Source of the DNA: Candidatus Dojkabacteria bacterium
GTDB taxonomy: Bacteria > Patescibacteriota > Dojkabacteria > J137
Direction of reading: 5' to 3'
DNA length: 64,000 nucleotides
NCBI GenBank assembly: GCA_025993875.1
Contig: JAMQHH010000013.1
Span: forward strand, 95,744 to 159,743
Part shown: piece after piece, positions 45,586 to 55,344 of the stretch
How the letters are laid out: every line of letters begins with the position of its first letter
How positions within the stretch are numbered: the stretch's first letter is position 1
Notes under the pieces: generated by a model
Told to the model about the DNA's origin: nothing
Databases searched by the model: none
Seen by the model: the letters and a program-made list of their open reading frames with translations, nothing else
Position numbers and translations under genes: made by a program

Positions 45586-46860
45586 TTAAGAGATTAGTTT
45601 GTTTATCGCAGACATTATACTCTCTTTATGATCAATTATGTCTCTTTTTTCTAAACTGTTTTCCACAAACTTGTTAAGGTTATTAATAAAGTCTTTGTCT
45701 GACAAAATTTTTTCGATAGTTTTTACAAGTATTTCCGGTGATCTTTGGAGATCTTCTTGAAATATTATTTTTCCACCTCCTAGATGCTCTATATATTTTA
45801 AGTTCCAAAGCTGCTCACCTTGTTCAGGAATACCTATTACTGGTTTTTTATGCAATATACATTCATTTAAAGTGTTTTTTCCTCCGTGTGTAATAACTAA
45901 ATCAGCATATGGAAGCATTTCGCTCGGATTTATGTATTGCTCAATAAAAATAGTGGGCGTTGTTTTGAAGTCCTTTTCTATACCACAGTGATTGGATACC
46001 AAGACATACTTGTCTTTTTTTTGTTGAAAAAAATTTATTATACTGTCTATTACCAGTGGATATGCGTTAAAGGAGGAGGAACCCATACTTACAAATATAA
46101 TTTTTTTCCCCTGAAGTTTGAGTTCTTTTATTTTATTTATCCACGAATGGCTTTCCCCGAAGCCAGAATTGACATCCTGCTCAAGAAAAAAATAATTATC
46201 TGGTAAGTCTTTTACTGCTACAAGCCCGTAGGTTTCGCACAGTAATACAATATCGGCATTATTCAATTCCAAAAAGTCTTTAACTTCCGGAATTTTGAAA
46301 TACTTTAATGTTTGATTAAAGCCTTTTACCCAGCTTTTCATGGTTAATTTAAAGATGAATTTTCTTAATCTAGCTGGTAACAATCTGTTAATATCACCTA
46401 TTGGAAAATATTTATTTAGCGGGTGGTTATTTGGAGCAAAGTATTCAAAATCGTAAAAATTTGTTAAGCTGGCTACCGTAATGTTTATGTATTTTTTTCT
46501 TGCGAGCTTACTCGAAATATATAAAGTTGGCCTATTATGACCAATTATTAAATCAGGATTTTCTTTTTGTATAAGTTGAACTTCAGCATCAACCATAAAT
46601 CGGACTAATTCCTTTGAGTAAAACTGCATACTATTGTGATCGACGTTTTCACGATAGTATGTGTATGAAACCTCATCAATACTAACAACCTCAAATCCTT
46701 TTTCCAGAAGTATCTGGGTATATTTACCATTACATGCAAAAACAACGTGATAATTATTCTTTTTTAGTAAATTTCCTATAGTAATGCTTGGTATTATTGT
46801 TCCAAGCTGATTTGAAAATGGGAAGATGAGAATTTTTTTCATATGTTTTATTAAAAACAT
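45586..46860 (-). CDS. GT1-family (UDP-glycosyltransferase/MGT-like) glycosyltransferase
   Basis: C-terminal donor-binding region VITHGGKNTLNECILHKKPVIGIPEQGEQLWN (GT-B H-G-G...E-Q signature). 424 aa. Confidence 0.7.
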   Translation of the reverse strand: MFLIKHMKKILIFPFSNQLGTIIPSITIGNLLKKNNYHVVFACNGKYTQILLEKGFEVVSIDEVSYTYYRENVDHNSMQFYSKELVRFMVDAEVQLIQKENPDLIIGHNRPTLYISSKLARKKYINITVASLTNFYDFEYFAPNNHPLNKYFPIGDINRLLPARLRKFIFKLTMKSWVKGFNQTLKYFKIPEVKDFLELNNADIVLLCETYGLVAVKDLPDNYFFLEQDVNSGFGESHSWINKIKELKLQGKKIIFVSMGSSSFNAYPLVIDSIINFFQQKKDKYVLVSNHCGIEKDFKTTPTIFIEQYINPSEMLPYADLVITHGGKNTLNECILHKKPVIGIPEQGEQLWNLKYIEHLGGGKIIFQEDLQRSPEILVKTIEKILSDKDFINNLNKFVENSLEKRDIIDHKESIMSAINKLIS

Positions 46861-47129
46861 TAAATAAAATTATGTCTGTTAATAATTCTGAGGATATTAC
46901 TTTTTTCAGATAATTTGAAAAAAGTAATAAATTTTAATAAGCGATTGTTTGTTTGAATAACTTCCTTATTTTTTAGTCGGTTGAGTGAGTTCAAAAAAAT
47001 ATTTATAGATATTAGCAAATCGTGTTGGCTTACTATTTCCCTTTGCCCGATGCCTCTCATTCTTGTCGCAAAAGTTGATTGTAGATTCTCAATCATATTA
47101 TAACTAGTATTTTGATTGTACTTCTCCAT
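46860..47129 (-). CDS. Hypothetical small protein
   Basis: 89 aa. Its stop overlaps the GT1 start. Confidence 0.25.
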   Translation of the reverse strand: MEKYNQNTSYNMIENLQSTFATRMRGIGQREIVSQHDLLISINIFLNSLNRLKNKEVIQTNNRLLKFITFFKLSEKSNILRIINRHNFI

Positions 47130-47265
47130 GCATAACTAATGCGTAATTATACAATGCATTTACCAAAATAGTAACAAATAAGCATTTGACACCCATAGAA
47201 TACATAAATAAATCTTAGGCGAAAAAAATAGGTTGGAAATATATTAAACTTCCTAAATCTTTAAC

Positions 47266-49389
47266 TTATTCGATAGTATTTACTATCCAGTCAAACGACG
47301 TATTGTAGTTAACTACTTCAAATTCCCCGTTTCTAAAGATAATTATTTTATCTCTATCTAAACTGGTTGAGGTTGAAAACAATTCTCCGTTTAAAATTAT
47401 ATTTATAAAATGCTTTTCGCCTCCGGGAGAAGCATAATCGTCCTCTTCCCAAGATTTACCCGGGTGTTTTTGCAGCAGTAAGACGTATTCTTTATTCGAT
47501 TCAAAGTTTATTGTTTTTGGAAGTGTGTATTCAACAGTTAATGTTAATGATGGTATCGGGTCTTCTTCTTTTAACCTTCTATGATCAAAGGCGATTATAT
47601 TATCGCTTATTTCTTTGTTAATTGTCGGGTCGAAGTAGTTTTGAGGGTAGTATAGCAGATAATCTGATTTGCTATATCCATCAGAATTAAAGTCCATAGA
47701 ATCTTTTGGAACTAAATATCTTATCCATGCTCTATAAATTTTTTGGGTGGTTGTATCGTATTGAAAAGGAGGAATTTTTTTGGAATAAACTTGCGGCTGT
47801 ATCCAGGTTGTCGCCACTTTTTTACTAATTGTGCCATCGCTGTTAATATAAACTGTGTGCTCTACACTATCTCTAACCCAGTTATTAAGTTTTAAAGCAC
47901 AGTTTTGTGCCTCGGACAGTTGAAAATAATCTCCATTAAATTCTTTGGGAATTCTTCCGCTTAAATTAAATCTGTCAAAAAATTCTTGCATGGTTTGGTT
48001 GTTTGGGGAAATTAAAGCCAGATCTTTTGCGTAAAAACTTTTTATAAATACATCCAAAATTTTAGGCAGATCGGAAGGCTTTAAATTAAAAAATTTTTCT
48101 TTTGCAAGATTGGCAAGGTTTTTTATAATATCTTTTCTGCCTTCTCCTACTATTGTGTCCGTTTGCGATTTTATTATATTGTAAAAATTTTCTGGCGTTA
48201 CTGTACCTATCCCTTCTACTTCAATTGGCTCAATAAGAGTCATTATGTTTTTAAAAAAAGTATCATTCGCAACTAAAACATAATCGTAACTCGGATAAGT
48301 AACCGGATCGTAACTTGTTGCAAGCTCGTAATAATCTTTTAAAATATCTACGCTTTCGTAAATATCCGGATAAACTCCCGCATCCTGAAATCTTAGTTCC
48401 AAACTTCCGCACTCCCAGCTTGTAATTTCGTTGTACCCCGACATTAAATATCTTTGACCGCCAAAGTTCTGGTAAAACCCGTAGTATTGGTTAACAAAAG
48501 GTCTTTTGTCATTACCGTATTCATATGTTTTGGGACCGGCGTGAACTCCAACGGTGTAGCGCAAAAAATTTTCCAGAGTCCATGTATCTTCCAAAATAAT
48601 ATCGCTGTTTAGTTCACCGTTAAGAAAAGAAAGATTTCCAACAGCGGTTATTAACCCTCCCGAAGCTCTTTGCTCCGATATGCTTTGGAGCAAAACCATG
48701 TAAGTTGTTTTCTCATTTAATCCAAGAAGTTCCGGTGCATTGGAAAGTATATCTAAAGCGTTTTTTGAAATCTCATCAAAATTATTTCCTATACTTTTGA
48801 GCCTGCCAACACCATCGGACAAGTTAAACGATGCTACGGACGGAAGATAATTAATGTCAAGTTTTAAAATTTCGTTAAAAAGAAGTTTTACTTTCGGTTC
48901 AATTTTTTTATAGAGATCGAGGTACATTGGTAAATCTTTTAGAATAAAGGTGATGTTATCAGAACTATCCTGTGAAGCATCTGTTTTGACCATAATTGCT
49001 TTTAGATCGATGTTCACATTATCCAGTATAGTATTTCCAAGCTCTAAAATATTATTTATTGCAGCTAGGTTTTGATAATATCCGTAGAACGGGCCGATAA
49101 ATCTTAAAAATTCAAATTTTCCAAGTTCACCCCTCAAACCGTTAATTTCCGATTTTATCTCAGTAAATGCTGCATCGATTTTCTGTCCATCTTTTGTTTC
49201 GATTACATTTAAAATTTGGGAGATTGAACTACTTATATTATCCTTAAAATTTAGAATTCGAAGTACTGGCAATACTGCCAGATAAACAAACAGAAAAAGA
49301 GCAATTAGAATTATAATAATAACCCATACTCTTTTTTTTCTTTTTGGGTATTGGGTTTTAATCTCTGTAGGTTCTATCTTTAAAATCAT
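47266..49389 (-). CDS. Large N-terminally membrane-anchored extracytoplasmic protein of unknown function (possibly DUF4012-like)
   Basis: 707 aa. Single N-terminal TM (VWVIIIILIALFLFVYLAVLPVL), remainder soluble. The family call is a guess. Confidence 0.3.
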   Translation of the reverse strand: MILKIEPTEIKTQYPKRKKRVWVIIIILIALFLFVYLAVLPVLRILNFKDNISSSISQILNVIETKDGQKIDAAFTEIKSEINGLRGELGKFEFLRFIGPFYGYYQNLAAINNILELGNTILDNVNIDLKAIMVKTDASQDSSDNITFILKDLPMYLDLYKKIEPKVKLLFNEILKLDINYLPSVASFNLSDGVGRLKSIGNNFDEISKNALDILSNAPELLGLNEKTTYMVLLQSISEQRASGGLITAVGNLSFLNGELNSDIILEDTWTLENFLRYTVGVHAGPKTYEYGNDKRPFVNQYYGFYQNFGGQRYLMSGYNEITSWECGSLELRFQDAGVYPDIYESVDILKDYYELATSYDPVTYPSYDYVLVANDTFFKNIMTLIEPIEVEGIGTVTPENFYNIIKSQTDTIVGEGRKDIIKNLANLAKEKFFNLKPSDLPKILDVFIKSFYAKDLALISPNNQTMQEFFDRFNLSGRIPKEFNGDYFQLSEAQNCALKLNNWVRDSVEHTVYINSDGTISKKVATTWIQPQVYSKKIPPFQYDTTTQKIYRAWIRYLVPKDSMDFNSDGYSKSDYLLYYPQNYFDPTINKEISDNIIAFDHRRLKEEDPIPSLTLTVEYTLPKTINFESNKEYVLLLQKHPGKSWEEDDYASPGGEKHFINIILNGELFSTSTSLDRDKIIIFRNGEFEVVNYNTSFDWIVNTIE

Positions 49390-49607
49390 AAATCTGGCTT
49401 TAAAAGTCTATTACAAAGTGATATTTTCGCATCTTTTAGGATAAAAAAAAATCTAAGTTAATACCTTTTATTGTATCATTTTATTCTTTGTGAATTTAAT
49501 AGTAGATTAGGTTGCCATAAAGTAATTAATCAGACAAAACACTATACTTGAATTACATGAGCAATAGGAGATATTATTGTATTAATATTATATCTTTTAC
49601 CTATTAA

Positions 49608-50060
49608 ATGAAAAAGTTACAAAAATATCTTGAACTTTTCGATTTAGCCGTAAAAGAATTTATTATTACTGCAAGCAAGATCGATCCAGATTTTGTTGTT
49701 TACAAAGAAGGACTAACAAAAAAAGATATTGTTGCCCATGTAACGGTTTGGCACGAATATTATGCAGAAGTTTTAACTGCACTTGTTAACAAATTACCTC
49801 CAAGGCTTTATAACAAAAGCACACCCCTTGTTAACAAAATATGGCTTGATAAATATAAAGGTGTTTCTCTAAATACGATAATTAAGAATTTGGAGGAAGC
49901 AAATAACATAATTTTAAAAAATATTGTTAAGATAAAAGGGGTAATACCATATAGCGAAAAAGGCAGGAGATATATTCCTTGGAAATATGTTTCCGCCATT
50001 GCAGGCCATATTAAGGGCCATACCAAAGATTTAAAGAGAATTAAAATCAGAAAACCGTAA
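49608..50060 (+). CDS. Hypothetical protein (possibly a DinB/YfiT-like four-helix-bundle protein)
   Basis: 150 aa. His-containing helices AHVTVWHEYYAEVL and AGHIKGHTKDL. Weak. Confidence 0.25.
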   Translation: MKKLQKYLELFDLAVKEFIITASKIDPDFVVYKEGLTKKDIVAHVTVWHEYYAEVLTALVNKLPPRLYNKSTPLVNKIWLDKYKGVSLNTIIKNLEEANNIILKNIVKIKGVIPYSEKGRRYIPWKYVSAIAGHIKGHTKDLKRIKIRKP

Positions 50061-50107
50061 ATTGAAAGCGTTGTTATTGCTGTTTATAATTTTACAAAAT
50101 TTTTTAT

Positions 50108-50606
50108 ATGATAAAAAACTATGGGTATGTTGAATTTTTTTTGGATAAGGAGGAAATTGAATTTTTTAAAAATATTGTTAAAAGTATTGTCCCAAAAGAC
50201 CAGTTGTATTTTTCGGACAGAGTCGCAAGAATTTCGGGAGATGTTTCGTTAAAAGCGCACTTTACTCTCTTTTACGGCATCGAAGAAAATGAATTAAATA
50301 ACCCATTACTTAAAGATTATGTTTTAACTGTTCAAATTAGTGAGGTTAAAATTAAAAATCTTGCGCTCTGGAAGGGTTATCAAAATTTCTACAGTATCTT
50401 ATGCATAGAAATTGACGATAGTGATAAAACCTTGTTTAATTTTTTTTCAAAACATGTTAAAGTTTGGCCATTCTTTTGAACTTGCTCTAAGAGAATTTAA
50501 GCCACATATCACTCTAGCTTATGTTCAAAACACTTTTCAACTTCCAAAAAGTTATATTCTACCAAAGCAAACTGTTAGATTAGGAGAAGCCAGGATTGCT
50601 ATCTAA
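50108..50606 (+). pseudogene. 2H-phosphoesterase (LigT/2'-5' RNA ligase-like) gene split by a frameshift
   Basis: ORF 50108-50479 carries the first H-x-T-x motif (HFTLFYG). The overlapping ORF 50412-50606 in another frame carries the second (KPHITLAYV). Together about 165 aa, typical for LigT. Confidence 0.5.
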
Positions 50607-50629
50607 CTGCTTTAACTTTCTATAACAAA

Positions 50630-51466
50630 TTAAACAAGCTTTAACATAAGCTCTTGGCTTTCATCCCACAATTTTTTTTGCATTCGAGTTTCGGATGCAA
50701 ATGTTGCCTTTATAGGCTTGCCTTTATTAATTAGCTGCCCGGAAAAATTTTTAAATTTTTCCAGAGTTGCGAGCTCTGCCAAATGTTTTCCTGCTATCTC
50801 GGGAGATTTTGCAATAAAAGTATTAATAAATTTTCCCATTATTTTAATAAAAAATGGCGCTTTAGAAAGAAGTCCGGTTTTAACCAGCCCGGGATGAAAT
50901 GCGTTTACTGTTATCCCTTCGCTTAGTAGTCTTCTGGCAAGCTCGTAGGTAAATAGTAAAATCTCTGCTTTAGTTATTCCAAATGCAATTGCAGCATTAA
51001 ACTTCTTTTTCCCCTGCAAATCCTCAAACCTAGGTTTTGTAAATGCCGGGGCAGAAACGTTTATTATCCTTGCGCCTTTCGCAGCTTTAAGTTCTTTCAG
51101 CAATAGATGGGTAAGAATAAACTGTGAAAAATAATTGGTAGCAAACATCTCTTCCAGCCCATCAGCTGTTTCTAAACGCTTGTTGTTAAATATTGCTGCG
51201 TTATTTATAAGAACATCCAGTTTTTTATATCTCGCTTTAAAGCTGTTAACAGCATTTTTAATGGAAGAAACTAAGCTAAGATCAGCAGCAATGGATTCAA
51301 TCTTTTTGTTGCCGGTAATTTTTTTTATCTCATTTACAACTATATTCCCTTTTTCGTTATTTCGGGATGTGATAACTATTTTTGCGCCGGATTTAGCGAG
51401 TTCTAAAGCGGTTGCCTTCCCTATTCCTGATGTTGCACCTGTAATTAAAATTATTTTATCTTCCAT
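50630..51466 (-). CDS. Short-chain dehydrogenase/reductase (SDR)
   Basis: ILITGATSGIGKATALELAKSGAKIV (TGxxxGIG). 278 aa. Confidence 0.85.
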   Translation of the reverse strand: MEDKIILITGATSGIGKATALELAKSGAKIVITSRNNEKGNIVVNEIKKITGNKKIESIAADLSLVSSIKNAVNSFKARYKKLDVLINNAAIFNNKRLETADGLEEMFATNYFSQFILTHLLLKELKAAKGARIINVSAPAFTKPRFEDLQGKKKFNAAIAFGITKAEILLFTYELARRLLSEGITVNAFHPGLVKTGLLSKAPFFIKIMGKFINTFIAKSPEIAGKHLAELATLEKFKNFSGQLINKGKPIKATFASETRMQKKLWDESQELMLKLV

Positions 51467-51480
51467 ATTATTTTCTAAAT

Positions 51481-52173
51481 TTAATTAATTTTTTCGTCAA
51501 TAACTACCTTTATGTTAAAATTTGAAACCTGCAATTTTCCCCATAGCCTTAACCATAAAGGTAAATACATTTCTGTTCCTCGTGCCGTTGTTATATCTCC
51601 AAGATCAACAATTTTACTCCAGCCATAGCTTTGAGCAATCTCTTTTATTGTCAATTTGGCTGTTTCATCGTTGCCACTTATAAAAAGGGTGTGGTCTCCT
51701 TCTGCAAGTTGTTTTGGATTAACCTGAAGCAAAGCATTTAATGTGTTAAATGCTTTTACAACTTTAACTTTTGGAAGCGCTTTTTGAATTTCTTCTCCTA
51801 AAGAATCTGTATTCGAAATAAAAAGAGTTGGAGGCATTCCATTAGAAAAATCCAATGGGTTAGAAATATCTACAAGAATTTTTTCATTTATTTCGGTTTC
51901 AATTGATTTTAAAACACTAACCGCAACATCTCCTTTTAGAGCATTAAATATAATCTCAGCACTTTTTGCCGCTTCAGCAAATGTTGCCAGGTTAATTAAA
52001 TTGTTACCGTTGTGCCACTTGGAAAATGCTAAATTCCCCATGCTATCTTTTTCCTTTTGTAAAAGAGTTCCCGTTACATCTCTTGTCCCAATTGTTACAT
52101 TATGGCCTAATTCTAAAAGCCTTGCCGCATGGGCTCTGCCAACCATTCCTGTCCCTAATACCGCTATTCTCAT
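51481..52173 (-). CDS. NAD(P)-binding oxidoreductase of the F420_oxidored/ProC-like Rossmann family
   Basis: MRIAVLGTGMVGRAHAARLLELGHNVTIGTRD N-terminal dinucleotide-binding fold. 230 aa. Confidence 0.65.
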   Translation of the reverse strand: MRIAVLGTGMVGRAHAARLLELGHNVTIGTRDVTGTLLQKEKDSMGNLAFSKWHNGNNLINLATFAEAAKSAEIIFNALKGDVAVSVLKSIETEINEKILVDISNPLDFSNGMPPTLFISNTDSLGEEIQKALPKVKVVKAFNTLNALLQVNPKQLAEGDHTLFISGNDETAKLTIKEIAQSYGWSKIVDLGDITTARGTEMYLPLWLRLWGKLQVSNFNIKVVIDEKIN

Positions 52174-52303
52174 AAATAACTTGTATAAAAATTAAAAGTG
52201 AAGTTATAATAAATTATTACTATAATATTTACAATAACTGTTAAAAAGTATAGTAAAAAATATGTTTACCAGGTAAGAAATTAATTATAAAAATTTTAAT
52301 GAA

Positions 52304-52681
52304 ATGGTAATTGAAAACAAAGAAATCAGAGTAAAAATTAATGGAAAGTTTTATCACTGCGCCTTGGATATTACAATGGACTATATTGGCGGAAAATGGA
52401 AAAGCGTAATTTTGTGGTATTTAATAGAAAAACCTTTAAGATTTGGTGAACTAAAAAAACTGATACCCGATATTACAGAAAAGATGTTGTCATTACAATT
52501 AAAAACGCTTGAAAAATATAAAATCATAAAACGAAAGGCATACTCTACTGTGCCGCCTAAGGTAGTTTACAGCTACACAAAAGAGGGACAAGGCTTAATT
52601 CCAGTTGTAAAGGCGTTGGCTAAGTGGGGACGGCAACAGGGGGAAAAATACGGCAAGGTAGAGATAAAAAAGATAAAGTAG
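52304..52681 (+). CDS. HxlR-family (MarR-like) transcriptional regulator
   Basis: CALDITMDYIGGKWKSVILWYLIEKPLRFGELKKLIPDITEKMLSLQLKTLE... Divergent from the oxidoreductase genes. Confidence 0.8.
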   Translation: MVIENKEIRVKINGKFYHCALDITMDYIGGKWKSVILWYLIEKPLRFGELKKLIPDITEKMLSLQLKTLEKYKIIKRKAYSTVPPKVVYSYTKEGQGLIPVVKALAKWGRQQGEKYGKVEIKKIK

Positions 52682-52745
52682 GTTTACTTAAAAATTAATC
52701 TCATTTTTTGTATACTGGTAGTATAACTTTTACCTGCTTTCGAGT

Positions 52746-54089
52746 ATGGAAAACAGCGATTCCCATGCCGCGCGTTTAAATGTTAAGGGCTTCTTGATAA
52801 AAAAATATAGAGGCCTGCTGGTTTTCTTGGTACCGCTTCTTTTACTTTCTGTAGGAATTTTTGTCTTAGTAAATTTGATATCAGATTCTGAAACTGCAAG
52901 CAACAATTTATCCAACACAGTCGAAAATTTTAGTGACCCAATAGCTCGTGGAAGAGCTTTATCCGGTGGAAATTGTGCAGGATCGGGAAGCAAGATACTT
53001 GGAACAGCGCCCATGAATGTATCTGACTTAAGTGTAATAATCCCTTACGGACTTGTAATTGGAGGACATGTAACACCAATTGATCACCAATATTATTGGG
53101 GTAAAGAACAATTTGGAAGTCCCGATATGTATAATGTTCTAATGCCTTCCGATGGCAAACTTGTAAATATCGGATTCCGCGATAGAAGCCACGAAAAAGC
53201 CAAAGTTAAAGGCGATTATCGACTTGTTTTTATGTATTCCTGTACTTTTTTTAGTTATTACGATTTAGTTACCTCGCTTTCAGATAAGATCAAGGCACAG
53301 TTGCCCGATGGCTGGGAAAGTATCGGATATATTAATACCAATATTGATTTAAAAGAGGGTGATATAGTTGGGAAGGTAGGAGCACAGTCTTTGGATTTTG
53401 CAGTTTGGGATACTACAAAAACTTTAGAAAATCTCCTTGTACCTGTTGCATACGATAACGGTGAACCATGGAAACTGTCAACAGTTCCCCCTCTGGATTA
53501 CTTTTCGGAAAAAGTTAGAAAGGAAATACTACCGTTTTATGCAAGGGATCACGAACCTTTAGATGGACAAATTGATTACGATAAAGATGGGTATGTATCG
53601 GGAAACTGGTTTTTAGAAGGAACAAATGGTTATGTTGGAGTGTTTGAATTTGGTACTCAGGGCGGTGGCGGTACATATTGGACCGGGCATTTATCTATTG
53701 CGCCAAACCATATGGACCCATCGGTATGGATTTTTTCGATTGGAGAGTTAAATGGTGAAGCACGGCAGTTTGCAATTAAAAATCCTTCGGTTTTACCTGA
53801 TATGTTGGATAAAAATTCCGGCATTGTTATCTACGAGTTAACTGATATATCGTATATTGATAAAAATGGGAATAGTTGGAACGGGGAAAGTGTAGCCAGT
53901 GGAATAACCTTAACTCCTGCAGCAACCAAAGGAACTGTTTTATTACAAATGCTGGATACGAGACTTTTAAAATTAGAGGTTTTTTTGGATAAACATCCTT
54001 TAGAGGTTAGTGAATTTACCGAGAATTATAGACTTTACGATAGAGGTGATAATGCCAAAATGGTGGTAACTAATAAAGAAAGAAGATAG
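52746..54089 (+). CDS. Hypothetical N-terminally anchored secreted protein
   Basis: 447 aa. TM LLVFLVPLLLLSVGIFVLVNLI, then a soluble domain with no recognised motif. Confidence 0.3.
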   Translation: MENSDSHAARLNVKGFLIKKYRGLLVFLVPLLLLSVGIFVLVNLISDSETASNNLSNTVENFSDPIARGRALSGGNCAGSGSKILGTAPMNVSDLSVIIPYGLVIGGHVTPIDHQYYWGKEQFGSPDMYNVLMPSDGKLVNIGFRDRSHEKAKVKGDYRLVFMYSCTFFSYYDLVTSLSDKIKAQLPDGWESIGYINTNIDLKEGDIVGKVGAQSLDFAVWDTTKTLENLLVPVAYDNGEPWKLSTVPPLDYFSEKVRKEILPFYARDHEPLDGQIDYDKDGYVSGNWFLEGTNGYVGVFEFGTQGGGGTYWTGHLSIAPNHMDPSVWIFSIGELNGEARQFAIKNPSVLPDMLDKNSGIVIYELTDISYIDKNGNSWNGESVASGITLTPAATKGTVLLQMLDTRLLKLEVFLDKHPLEVSEFTENYRLYDRGDNAKMVVTNKERR

Positions 54090-54137
54090 ATTAAGATAGC
54101 AATTATAGAGGTTAAGATAAATTTTGCATTATAACTT

Positions 54138-54989
54138 CTACTTACCCAAAATTTTAGAACCGAAATATTTGGCGATAAATTTAACAGAGATTCCGGGAAA
54201 AAATTTGTATAAAGTAGTTAATAATTTTGCATCACCTCCTACAGTTATCAACCTTTTTTCTCTTTCAATCCCGCCTACTATTAATTCTGCAGCTCTTCGA
54301 GGTGAAAGCGCTTTTACACTGCCCTGCATTTTTTTCATCTCTTCGCTTATCTCTACTTGAGAATTTTTTGCTATCTCGGTGGCCATTGCTCCTAAAATTA
54401 CAACTGTGGCTCTAACAGAGGTGCCCATTAATTCGGAATACAAACCTTCGGTTAACAATTTTATTGCAGCTTTAGAAGCCCCATAAATAGTCTGGCCGGG
54501 AAAAGGAAAAACTCCGCCCATACTACTTACATTTGTAATAAATCCTTCTTTGTTTTTTAGAAGTTGAGGTAAGAAAGTTTTTGTAAAATATAGAGTTCCA
54601 AAAAAATTAACCCGCATTACTTTGTTGATTTTTTCAAAGTCCAAATCGGCAACACTTAAAAACGGCTGGATGATTCCGGCGTTATTTATTACTCCTTCAA
54701 CCCTTCCATAGGTCGATGCAAGTTTTTCTCCAAGCTTTTCAACCTCTTCTTTTTGGGTAATATCTAAAACATGTATTGATAAATTATTTTTTAAACTTCC
54801 TGCAAGTTTTTCAGTTTCTAAAAGTTTTTCTTTGTTAATATCTATTGCGGCGACGATGGCACCTTTGTTTAGTAAATTTAATGTTAATTCCCTTCCAAGG
54901 CCATTAGCTGCTCCGGTTACAACAACTACTTTAGAATTTATTTGCATAATTTTATTATAACATTTATTATTACTTCTCTTAAAACCCAA
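54138..54989 (-). CDS. Short-chain dehydrogenase/reductase (SDR)
   Basis: VVVVTGAANGLGRELTLNLL and catalytic YGASKAAIK (YxxxK). 283 aa. Confidence 0.85.
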   Translation of the reverse strand: MGFKRSNNKCYNKIMQINSKVVVVTGAANGLGRELTLNLLNKGAIVAAIDINKEKLLETEKLAGSLKNNLSIHVLDITQKEEVEKLGEKLASTYGRVEGVINNAGIIQPFLSVADLDFEKINKVMRVNFFGTLYFTKTFLPQLLKNKEGFITNVSSMGGVFPFPGQTIYGASKAAIKLLTEGLYSELMGTSVRATVVILGAMATEIAKNSQVEISEEMKKMQGSVKALSPRRAAELIVGGIEREKRLITVGGDAKLLTTLYKFFPGISVKFIAKYFGSKILGK

Positions 54990-55344
54990 TGAATTTAGTC
55001 ATTGGATAGATATATGTTGCTAAAAAGTATTTTATTTTAGCTTTAACAAATTGTTAAAAAAGCTTAACAATTTTTCCCTTCCAGTTTCAGTGAATTTTTA
55101 GGAATTATTAAACCGTTAATGTTTTTAACAATTTACTGCAGAGTAAAAAGTAAATTAAAACATAATATCAGTTTTCGCAAATCAATGTATGCAATCCATT
55201 AGGTAATAGTATTGTACCAAAATTTCCGGCATCTAATATATTAACTGATATTACTAGATGTTTTAAAATACAAATACGGCTTATTTTCAATTTAGACTGA
55301 AATACAATACTTTAAATTTAGTTTTTCTTTGTTAAAATATTTTT

